64,000 bases of DNA, taken from NCBI GenBank assembly GCA_944359365.1, contig CALVST010000003.1:6395-70394 (forward strand), in the 5' to 3' direction. This stretch comes from an uncultured Clostridia bacterium (GTDB lineage: Bacteria > Bacillota > Clostridia > Christensenellales > Borkfalkiaceae). The notes beneath the pieces were generated by a model. That model had not been told where the DNA came from, searched no databases, and saw nothing but the letters and a program-made list of their open reading frames with translations. Positions 57,701 through 64,000 of the stretch are shown here, piece by piece. Position 1 is the first letter of the stretch. Every line of letters begins with the position of its first letter. A program made the translations under genes and the position numbers.

Positions 57701-60700
57701 CAATTCATAGTTGTAAGTATCCTCCGCAAACGACACTGCAAAGGTATACTGCCCCGCATCCTTGAATACGCTCACATTGCCGACGGGGGCACCGAAATCG
57801 CTCCCCTCATACGCGCTGTAAGAGGTGATTTCGATTTTGAGCGGTACCCATGATGTATCCGACACTTCGCCGCCTTCCCACGCATAGTACCCTGCGGCGA
57901 TATTCTGCGTTTGGTTGTTATACAAGTAATTTGTTACAGGCAGATCGCCGTTTCTCCAAACGATGGAAACCGTGCGCGGTGCGATCGTGAACGAATCTGT
58001 GACCGAGGCGGAAGAATAGTTCGGATTTTCGCTTTCAAAGGTAACGGTATACGTGCCCGCCTCCGTCGGCGCGACGTTCGTGCGTTTATAATCGGAGCCG
58101 TTCTCGAGCTTGCCCTCGTAATACGAGATCATGTATTCGTCCGAAACGCCTTGGTTTGCGTCTATTTTTGCCCTCACTGCATGCTGAAGACCGTCGAACG
58201 TAAATCCCCGATCGTCTTTTTCGATCGTTACGTTCAGCTTTTTCGGCGCGATCGTATGCATGCCGGCAGGTTTTTCCTCTTCTGATATGCTGATGAGGTG
58301 CTCACCCTCGGAAACGACAGTGATCTTATAATTGTTATTCGTCTGTTTGAGGACAAAGAAGTATGTGCCCGCATTCGTATCGTAAGCGGTGAAATCATCT
58401 CCCTTAAATTCGGAATACTCTTCCGTTTCCGCATTGTACTGATATACGGTAAAGGTGTACACTTCATCTTCCGTATCTTCGGTGTTCGAACCGCCCGAGC
58501 CGCCCGTGTACAGTTCGCTCGGCGACGCCTGAGCATACAAATCGCGCTTCGGCATATCCGTTGCGAGATAGGTACTCGAACCGTCGATGAGCGTAACGGT
58601 GATTTCCTTCTCTTTGACGGTCAGCGTGCCGTTCTCATATACGAAATTATAATTACGCGAGGTAAGCCCGCTCGGGACGATCTGGTAAGTATCCACGTTG
58701 TCGCCCTGCTTATAGCCGTAGGTGAACGTAGGCATAACGTCGCCGACGGCTTCGGTATCCTCATTGTCGATGCCCGCCGTATTCTCCCCTTTCTCGCTTT
58801 CGTCGTATGCGAAGTCTTCCGCGGCAAACACTGCGGTATACTCGGGAACGGGCTCGCCGTAGGTGATGGTTACATCCTTCGCAGTGACGTGCACGTCTTT
58901 TTTGGTAATTTCATAAGGCTTGCTCAGATTGCCCGTCAATGTATAGTTATCGTCATCCAAACCGACGGTAACGGTATACTCGCCCACGAAGGTAGGGAAA
59001 TTTTCTCGGGTATCCTCAGCATCCTTGCCCTCATAAGAATAGGTGAATACGCGCGCGTCGTTCCTGATGCTGTCGGTCAGAGGCGTTTCAGCTTCGTTTA
59101 CGCTCGCACTTGCGCCCTCGGCTCTGCCGTATTCGAAAGAAGTTGCAATGTCGATAACGATGGAAATTTCGCGCGCAACGACTTCGAACGTACCGTTCTC
59201 CGCCGCGGCAACAAAATCGTAGTTATCCGCAGAAAGCCCTTGCAGATATTTGACGTAATAGCCATCATCGCGCACCGAGCCGTTTGCCGCGCCCGGTATG
59301 TAGTCGCTGTCGTATTCTATTTCGCCGTTTACGATTTCACTTTGCTGCGATTCTTCGCCGTTTACAAAGCCCGTAAGCGTATATGCGAACTCTGCCGCAT
59401 TGCCGTAGGTGACGCGGCCGTCAGATTCTTTCGCATGAACGGTGAGCGTTGCCTTTTTGATGGTAAATTGCTGTTCGGCAGTGCGCACATACACATATTC
59501 GTCTTCCGCGGTGCCTGAACCCGTAGTAACGTAATAGTTGTTCGCCTTTTCGCCCGCAAGCGTTGCCGTGGCTTTGTAGCCGCCTGCATTTATGGGTGTT
59601 TTGTCGTATGTTATAGTTGCGCTTATACTGTCGTTATTTACAGTGCCGATGACCTCTGCGGTCATTTCCTGCTGCGTGCCGCTGTAAGTTACGGTAAAGC
59701 CGCCCCCACCGCCGCTCAGGGTAAAGTCGATCTCGACCTGTTTCGGGGTGATCGTATAAGTGCCGTCAATGAAAGTAATGGTGTAATTATCGTTTATGCA
59801 CTCGCCCGAAATGGTATATGTGCCCGCGTCGGACGTTTTCGAGATGTCTCCGGCAGAAAGCGTCCAAGGAGCGTCACCCGGAACGAGCCCGTACTTGCCG
59901 TACGACGTGTCGACATCGGCGGTGAGCCCGACGATCTCGTCGCCGTAAATACTCGTCTTGTCGGCGATTTTTACGGTGATTTGGCGCGGCGTGACCGTCA
60001 GCGAACCTTTTTCCACGGTGATGTTATAATTGCCCGCGTCCGCTCTGATCGCTGCGAGCGCCTCTTCGGTAAGGGTTACGTCATAAGTAATGTTTACGCC
60101 GCTCTTCCCTTTGATATAATTGCTGAGGAAGTTTCCCTGTTTTTCGACAAGGTCTTTCAGGTGCTCTTCATCCTCGGCGACAATGTTTGTATACTCCGCG
60201 ATCTTCCATGTGGGAGCGTCTTCGCCGTAGATCGTGGTATGATCTTTCGCAATGACGATGGTCAGCTTTCTCTGCCCGATCGTAAACTGAACGCTCTCGG
60301 TGTTTTGCGTATCGAGCACATAATTGTCGTTGCCCGAAATGCTCGCCGTTACCGTGTATGTGCCGACGTTTTTCGGCGCGGCAGTGCTGTTATAATTGCC
60401 CGTGTCCGTATACGTGAGGGTGACGGTAACCGGGTCATTGTTGTAGCGGTTTTCAAAATCGTACCCGTGCGAGATGACGTCGCCGTAAGTATAGGAAGCC
60501 TGCCCGCCCGTGATGACGACGGTGAGTTTGCGCTGAGACACGCTTACCTGCTTGCCGCTCTCGTAAACGATGCTGTAATTCTTCGCCCAGTCATCGAGGC
60601 TTGCGGGCGCGTTGAGCGTGATCGGGTAATCGCCGACATCGCTGCCCTGTTCATAACCGCAGGAGATCGCGGCCTTGACCGCTTCGAGGAAGTCAGCCTC

Positions 60701-63436
60701 GTACTGCGCATCGCCGTAAGCCGTGACCCAGCCCGTTGCGGAAAGAACCCATTCTCCGAGCGGATCGCCGTAGGAAATTCCCTTCCCTTCTACCGTGACG
60801 GTGAGTTCCGCGGGCGCGATGGTAAAGGTGACTTCGTTATTGCCACCGATGGAAACGGTGTCGTAATCTCCGTATGCACCGATGATGACGAGCACGCGGT
60901 AAGTGCCCGCATCCTGCGGTGCGATCAAAGACCCTCTGCCGCTGTTTTCGCCTGCGCCAAAGTTATTGTCGTCGATACCGAGGTAATATATCTGCGGCAC
61001 GAGCGTACCGCCTTGAATCGCCTCGTCTATCAAATCAATATCCGTGTCGATCACGGGTTTCGGAGCGTTCGCCGAAGTATAATCGCCGTACGTCCAACCA
61101 TTCATTTGCGCATTGCCGCCGTACGTTGCGCGGGAAATTGCGAACCACACGCGCAAGGTGCGCGCCTCAGACAGATCTTCGCTGTCTACGCCGCTGTCTT
61201 GATAGAGCTCATTGAGCGAGCTGTTCTGATCTCCTTCGACAATGTCCCACTGATAGTTTGCGGGATCTTTCAGATCGAGATACAGATAATATGTACCGTA
61301 GTTGACGGGGCTATCTATCCATTCGTAGCCCGAGCCGTCGTGCCGCCAAAAAAGTCCGCTGCCGTGCGGCTCGTAATAAGGGCTGTTTTGCGCATCGTTG
61401 TAAATTGCGACCGGGTATTGTTCCCCATTGTTAAAAGTGAGCCTTCTGCCGCTTATACCGACTTCGGGAACGGTAACGACCTTTTTGTCGATCGTCCATG
61501 TAAGGGTTATTGTTTCTTCCCCTTCCGTTTCCCAAACAAAGTTCTTTGAAAGCGAAACAGTGACGGAATATACGCCCGCATTCACCGCGGAAAGCGTGCC
61601 GCCGCTTCTTTGAAGCCCTTCGGGCAGAGCGCCGAACATGTACGCCTCTGCGGCATACGTTGCATTATAGTTTTTCAGCGCGTTGTCCTGCGATTGGGGC
61701 GAACCGTTATTGTCGTTTACTTCTGACCTTTCGGTCGTAAGTGCGAGCCTGTCGAGCGTGCGCTTCGCGATCGACCAAGAAAGCTCCATTTCCCGCACGT
61801 TGTCGTCGTACTCGTTCTCATCGTCAGCCCATTTATAGTTTTGATGAAGCTGAATGCGCGCAATATAACCGCCCGCATCCCTGCCGACTTTTCCGCTCAC
61901 TATTTCGTACTTGCCTGCCGTAAGGTCGCTTTCGTCAGTAAGTTTTAAGGAGATATCTCCGCCCGTATACATTTCGGCAGCGGCGGCTTGGGGGCTGTCG
62001 ACTTTTGCGCGGGAAATAAGAAATTGTATTTCTGCGGACTCAGCGCCTTTCCAATCGTCCCCTTCGGGAACGGTTACGACCATCCAATAATACCCTGCGT
62101 TTATCGGTTTTACGTTTGTGCCGCTTTCTCTGTTGCCGTCTTTGGCGGTGCTGTATTCATAGGCGGCTGTCGGCGTGCCGCGCGTTGCGGAAAATTCGGG
62201 GGTTTTCTCCGTTCCGTCGTATACCCACCCGGAAATGGGATCGACTGTTACGGAGTTTTTAGCTTTCTCGACCTTCCATGTAAAGACTTCGCTTTCTTCC
62301 CCCGGCGTCGCCCAAACGAAGTTGACGGCGTCTTTATTGTTGAGCGAAACCGTTACGGTATACTCGCCCGCGTGCAGAACGGTCAGCGTTGCGCCGTTCC
62401 GGCTCATGCCATCATTATCTTTTTCATTGTTTGCCGCAAAGTCTATCACGAACGCCTGTTCGTCGAAATTTTCGAGCGTAGCGTTGAGATTTCCGCCCGT
62501 ATAAGTGCGGCTTCCCTCGGGTATGGTTAGCTCGGGCCTTGTTATTTTTTTGGCTACGATATGCCAATCGAGCGAGAGAACGCCTTCCACGTTGTTGCCG
62601 TTTGCCTCGCTTGCCGTCGCCCACTTATAGTTGCTGTTCAGCGTGAAGGTGATCGTGTAAGTGCCCGCATCCTCCGCGGAAGTTTTGCCGCCGATCGTGT
62701 AGTGCTCTTCTCCGCTCTTGTCGATCGTAAGCTGCACATTGATCAAGTTGCCGTAATTATAGACGTACCCGTTCTCGCCCTCGGCATACCCCGTGATCGC
62801 GGGGTTTGCGGTCGTCGCGCGGCCGATGACGAACTCGAAAGTCAGATCGTATTCGTCCGCCCAGGCGTAGTTTTCGCTGACAAGGCGGACTTTGATCGTA
62901 TATGTGCCCGCATGGATCGCCGTGACCGTGCCGGCTTTCACATCAGATGTAAGCCTGTCTTTGTCCTCGTCCGCGTCGGGGGTGACGGTAAACGTCATGC
63001 CCGTCTGATAATTGCCGAAAGTATAAACCTTATTTGTGCCGTCATAGGTGAACGGGCCGCCGTCCGCCGTGGGCGCCGTCAGTTCTTTGGGAAGAATGTT
63101 CCAAAGAATGCTCTGCGCGGCCTGGCTGCCGCCCGCCCAGGCGTAGTTCGCCGTAGGGGTGAGTTGCAGGGAATAGCCGTTTTTGGCGTCTGTCGCCGTA
63201 AATGTTCCGCCCACGGTAAAGTAAGGCGAAAGGCTGTTTGCGCCCGTCACCGTGATGTCGCCTTTGAGATAGCCCGCCCGAACGGTCACATTGATCGCCG
63301 AGCCGCTGTAAATATATCCGTCTTCGCCGCCCGCATATACGACGGTGGGCACGGCAAGCCCGAGGCGCTCGATTTCAAACTCGAAAAACGCCTCCCCGAA
63401 TTCAAGCTCAGTAGAATAAGGTAAAATATCAAATGG
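51758..63436 (-). CDS. Giant repeat-rich cell-surface protein (MBG/Ig-like repeats, C-terminal TM anchor), 5'-truncated
   Basis: At least 3864 aa of roughly 70-100 aa beta-rich repeats (YGD/YDG/YTG...[ND]AGTY...NY). C-terminal LVWLIVVLAVLLAVEIILLVVVIV then KRRK; no LPXTG. The frame is open up to 63436 with no ATG, in-frame SD or signal peptide. Confidence 0.85.
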   Translation of the reverse strand, partial: PFDILPYSTELEFGEAFFEFEIERLGLAVPTVVYAGGEDGYIYSGSAINVTVRAGYLKGDITVTGANSLSPYFTVGGTFTATDAKNGYSLQLTPTANYAWAGGSQAAQSILWNILPKELTAPTADGGPFTYDGTNKVYTFGNYQTGMTFTVTPDADEDKDRLTSDVKAGTVTAIHAGTYTIKVRLVSENYAWADEYDLTFEFVIGRATTANPAITGYAEGENGYVYNYGNLINVQLTIDKSGEEHYTIGGKTSAEDAGTYTITFTLNSNYKWATASEANGNNVEGVLSLDWHIVAKKITRPELTIPEGSRTYTGGNLNATLENFDEQAFVIDFAANNEKDNDGMSRNGATLTVLHAGEYTVTVSLNNKDAVNFVWATPGEESEVFTWKVEKAKNSVTVDPISGWVYDGTEKTPEFSATRGTPTAAYEYSTAKDGNRESGTNVKPINAGYYWMVVTVPEGDDWKGAESAEIQFLISRAKVDSPQAAAAEMYTGGDISLKLTDESDLTAGKYEIVSGKVGRDAGGYIARIQLHQNYKWADDENEYDDNVREMELSWSIAKRTLDRLALTTERSEVNDNNGSPQSQDNALKNYNATYAAEAYMFGALPEGLQRSGGTLSAVNAGVYSVTVSLSKNFVWETEGEETITLTWTIDKKVVTVPEVGISGRRLTFNNGEQYPVAIYNDAQNSPYYEPHGSGLFWRHDGSGYEWIDSPVNYGTYYLYLDLKDPANYQWDIVEGDQNSSLNELYQDSGVDSEDLSEARTLRVWFAISRATYGGNAQMNGWTYGDYTSANAPKPVIDTDIDLIDEAIQGGTLVPQIYYLGIDDNNFGAGENSGRGSLIAPQDAGTYRVLVIIGAYGDYDTVSIGGNNEVTFTIAPAELTVTVEGKGISYGDPLGEWVLSATGWVTAYGDAQYEADFLEAVKAAISCGYEQGSDVGDYPITLNAPASLDDWAKNYSIVYESGKQVSVSQRKLTVVITGGQASYTYGDVISHGYDFENRYNNDPVTVTLTYTDTGNYNSTAAPKNVGTYTVTASISGNDNYVLDTQNTESVQFTIGQRKLTIVIAKDHTTIYGEDAPTWKIAEYTNIVAEDEEHLKDLVEKQGNFLSNYIKGKSGVNITYDVTLTEEALAAIRADAGNYNITVEKGSLTVTPRQITVKIADKTSIYGDEIVGLTADVDTSYGKYGLVPGDAPWTLSAGDISKTSDAGTYTISGECINDNYTITFIDGTYTITPKQVEIDFTLSGGGGGFTVTYSGTQQEMTAEVIGTVNNDSISATITYDKTPINAGGYKATATLAGEKANNYYVTTGSGTAEDEYVYVRTAEQQFTIKKATLTVHAKESDGRVTYGNAAEFAYTLTGFVNGEESQQSEIVNGEIEYDSDYIPGAANGSVRDDGYYVKYLQGLSADNYDFVAAAENGTFEVVAREISIVIDIATSFEYGRAEGASASVNEAETPLTDSIRNDARVFTYSYEGKDAEDTRENFPTFVGEYTVTVGLDDDNYTLTGNLSKPYEITKKDVHVTAKDVTITYGEPVPEYTAVFAAEDFAYDESEKGENTAGIDNEDTEAVGDVMPTFTYGYKQGDNVDTYQIVPSGLTSRNYNFVYENGTLTVKEKEITVTLIDGSSTYLATDMPKRDLYAQASPSELYTGGSGGSNTEDTEDEVYTFTVYQYNAETEEYSEFKGDDFTAYDTNAGTYFFVLKQTNNNYKITVVSEGEHLISISEEEKPAGMHTIAPKKLNVTIEKDDRGFTFDGLQHAVRAKIDANQGVSDEYMISYYEGKLENGSDYKRTNVAPTEAGTYTVTFESENPNYSSASVTDSFTIAPRTVSIVWRNGDLPVTNYLYNNQTQNIAAGYYAWEGGEVSDTSWVPLKIEITSYSAYEGSDFGAPVGNVSVFKDAGQYTFAVSFAEDTYNYELPDDVTETFTILRAKIDVIIKDQSSEYGDEIVDLANKVVGEIYDDEGDVFTLTTDATSYSPVSSYQIWGGIVTGTDGARGQNYIVTFHRNEQSSQIPTAVYEIKARELLVSATYQVPDEDANTVVYGDEIDNERFTLSYERAGGMSGDLFVNEGDEAAISKPGDLSRLFSYDYRGGLNGTRAGNYVSVTILTDGLKLDNYKFTFKDGSVTITVAKREISINEKNFKAELPNVYLGENLRDDVKLTTDYIEGKIGDEVIGDEAQGGHFNFSLSYFTQNDGAYEPVSAVVNAGTYYITITLTGGDSYTLTDPGYIEWKVDKAPLTIRLDGDKYTQDVIDNVIVRYGDNLPDSELQEYLVIEGLRGDDKSNYRDDVVGNLTATHGYSVADENNPTPAGTLLPVKLAFEKELPNYVFANEGDDSHGTIEVAKRIVSISTNAYPETGGAVYGMYDGGEFALPEGFWKIVGVEADIKTLGDDTVEFLYYYYGSSYNYQEESEVGWHHTVEEKVEAHPKLAGTYKVRVTLVSDNYILYNRDAEGGASEYIDIDYRILKQRVQTPAFAGEDIDEDGNALATGKAYTASVEFNANVIQVVANSWEATNGGQIISTSMQGDSIFTMTASAAGSYSVMLELKDSFNYVWEGDTDGDENTSFWKIEWRITIYSGVNIEITGITIGGETIDLIQKGTEGNETLWFNAENWVYNSIRFAAEDINVKVTFKGGDGQYDGSIEYRFERYMSGSWNSASSSFLGAGTYRVKAIVNDPNYERKESAYVYYTIAKASVALPTVQDGVYAHGATITRELVNYNAEIMEQGNSCEHVSLVYIDGVWSLQASVVSNEHFIWIELTDTDNYRWADESYAGQVGVEVKWKVKRYQVQAPTVNTEISEDGFYYYPEYDGEVKAFPYENSDDSAYYTVSGVTGTNADDYAFTVSLIDTTNYEWAGGNQAPLTYKWKITKAANSWLDKEYSRSGWTYGGAPTVEKLPSAKFGDLVVTYYNEDDEPVEMFTSGTPAGTYTVVISVKKSANYTSPESIEAEFTVAQAPVTVIWSGAEGSVYNGEERALPTAAYNALLGEGSGIAIALNVTYSFENGFKDAGSYTFTAAFKADDAISANYEIVSGEQIVCVISAAKVQVQVLAQSAEYTGDTPEVSQEEGIAYNISSGKTYDDFALTFSIPESAVNAGTYAITAACANDNNYSVTFTGSAVFTITPKNIGVSITAGGGTYGNVTQATAKADDDNAEVTLTYAGTPNGGEYTEYETQVPTQAGSYVVTATVANGNYLVTGNNSAPFVIGKARVTVQPVSGKVYNGGLQKADVNVSCPVEEEGVYTVVNKGGTDVGNYELVFTFAENKENNFVWYYNGSEVNGATMTLNFAITIVKAENNPVTLEKPDGWTYGDEAETLEAKAVFGTPVLYYATDENGAYGTNVPVHAGTYWVKAVVSATTNYEGSESAAYEFTISALELETPEFADAETVYNGGAQTNAFTGYDRSMMTISANSGALVTTDGFALRASNVGEYFITFALSYTGGGREGDYIWKDAPEDDSVTITWTIKQAQNGWIGEYTRSGWTYGQAASEENIPDAKFGTVVVEYFTDSALQNEYRGSFGSDTDAGIYYVRVTVEGNSNYTGLTLGGDGALSFEVEAAQNKWKDGQNAYKRESWTYGDAATAETLPVPQFGGASVAYYTDSAHTKPYTGSFDSRTNAGIYYVVITVDGGKNYSGITLNGQFEVEKRGLDLPSLANTADTAIESGDTLHNEIVGFDSATMNMSELGSGITTINGKLYLAAKDAGVYQITISLADTSNYQWTDGKDGDVTLVWTLRRAELQSWTEESESRYPDVIVSAEGGIHPSYTLAISSIPESMYGEYDLSAYENAEIALGYDIGFTSGGEVVQPDTAITVRLKVTDEIASALGEGYTLLHLHGGEWSEVSYTIDNGYAVFTVTEFSDFLFITATPATSLVWLIVVLAVLLAVEIILLVVVIVKRRKGRN

Positions 63437-63528
63437 CTATAGAGCTATATCCGTTGATGATATAGCTCTCATAAAAAATAACAGCAGCATGCTTTACTTC
63501 CAAATATCAACGCGGATCGGCTAATCGA

Positions 63529-63566
63529 TAAAAGGAGCAGGATGACAGTACTTCATCCTGCTCCTT
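63529..63566 (-). terminator. Intrinsic terminator of the upstream surface-protein gene
   Basis: 14-bp stem aaggagcaggatga/tcatcctgctcctt with a T run on the minus strand. Confidence 0.85.
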
Positions 63567-63580
63567 CACACTGTTTTTAA

Positions 63581-64000
63581 TTAAATCCTTCTCCTTTTAC
63601 GAAGAATCAGCCACACAAGTAAACCGCTACATCCGCCTACACCGGCCGCACTTCCGGCAGCAATCGCTGCCACCGTACCAACACTCATGCCTGGCTCAGG
63701 TATTACGGGAATTTCAGGAATCGTTTCCCTGAACAATTCTTTACCACAGATGGAGCAATCAATATGCCGTTCGCCTTCATTTGTTTCCGTTGCCTCAACA
63801 TCAACAATCCATTCACCAGGCGTATGCCCGAGCGCGGGAATTTCCGTTTTTTCGCGGCTTATTTCCACACCGCATTCCGTGCAGTAGATCACTATCTCAT
63901 ATGATCCGACACTCTCACATTTCGCTGCCACTTCATGCTCACGTACTGCCTCTCCGGAAGTATGACCCGTTGCAGGAATATCTGAAACGCGTTCAAAGTA
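63581..64000 (-). CDS. C-terminal part of a surface protein with His/Cys (CxxCG) repeats and a TM anchor (gene begins beyond the window)
   Basis: IPATGHT...AKC...CTECG...IPALGHTPGEW...CSICG repeats, hydrophobic tail and RKRRRI. Codon usage is AT-richer than the host genes. Confidence 0.8.
   Translation of the reverse strand, partial: YFERVSDIPATGHTSGEAVREHEVAAKCESVGSYEIVIYCTECGVEISREKTEIPALGHTPGEWIVDVEATETNEGERHIDCSICGKELFRETIPEIPVIPEPGMSVGTVAAIAAGSAAGVGGCSGLLVWLILRKRRRI

Noticed and set aside
63406-63433. dif/Xer-like site at the truncation junction (gctcagtagaa-taaggt-aaaatatcaaa)
   Set aside because: Only one arm partly resembles a Firmicute dif site; the XerD arm consensus TTATGT is absent.

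Overview
A GC-rich chromosomal segment from an endospore-forming Clostridia-type Firmicute (sigG, spoVT, ylmC, pdaB-like, yabM/yabN present; finer taxonomy not determinable here). About 50 kb is ordinary housekeeping and sporulation DNA: the end of argH, ABC transporters, tRNA-Ser(GCT), ppa, a chromate transporter pair, hslO, a lysine-riboswitch-led asd-dapA-dapB operon, tandem M29 aminopeptidases, mnmE, dusB, a topoisomerase IV-like parE/parC pair, murG and sigG. The most unusual signal is a pair of paralogous non-ribosomal proteins (10123-11766 and 50298-51752, both on the minus strand). They share one architecture: an N-terminal transmembrane helix, a long acidic tether, a conserved unnamed domain (SFRA[RK][LM]IQA...VSW...AL[SD]P), and a C-terminal domain that aligns well by eye with the globular domain of ribosomal protein uL15. 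One paralog is coupled directly to the end of a giant (>3860 aa) repeat surface protein. That giant ORF is intact for 11.6 kb but has no start region or signal peptide, and begins mid-repeat at a junction with AT-richer DNA. Other points: an AT-rich XRE regulator with a divergent promoter at the tRNA 3' end, several apparently leaderless genes, two gene remnants, and sigG separated from spoIIGA-sigE. All family assignments are from motif recognition; no searches were run.
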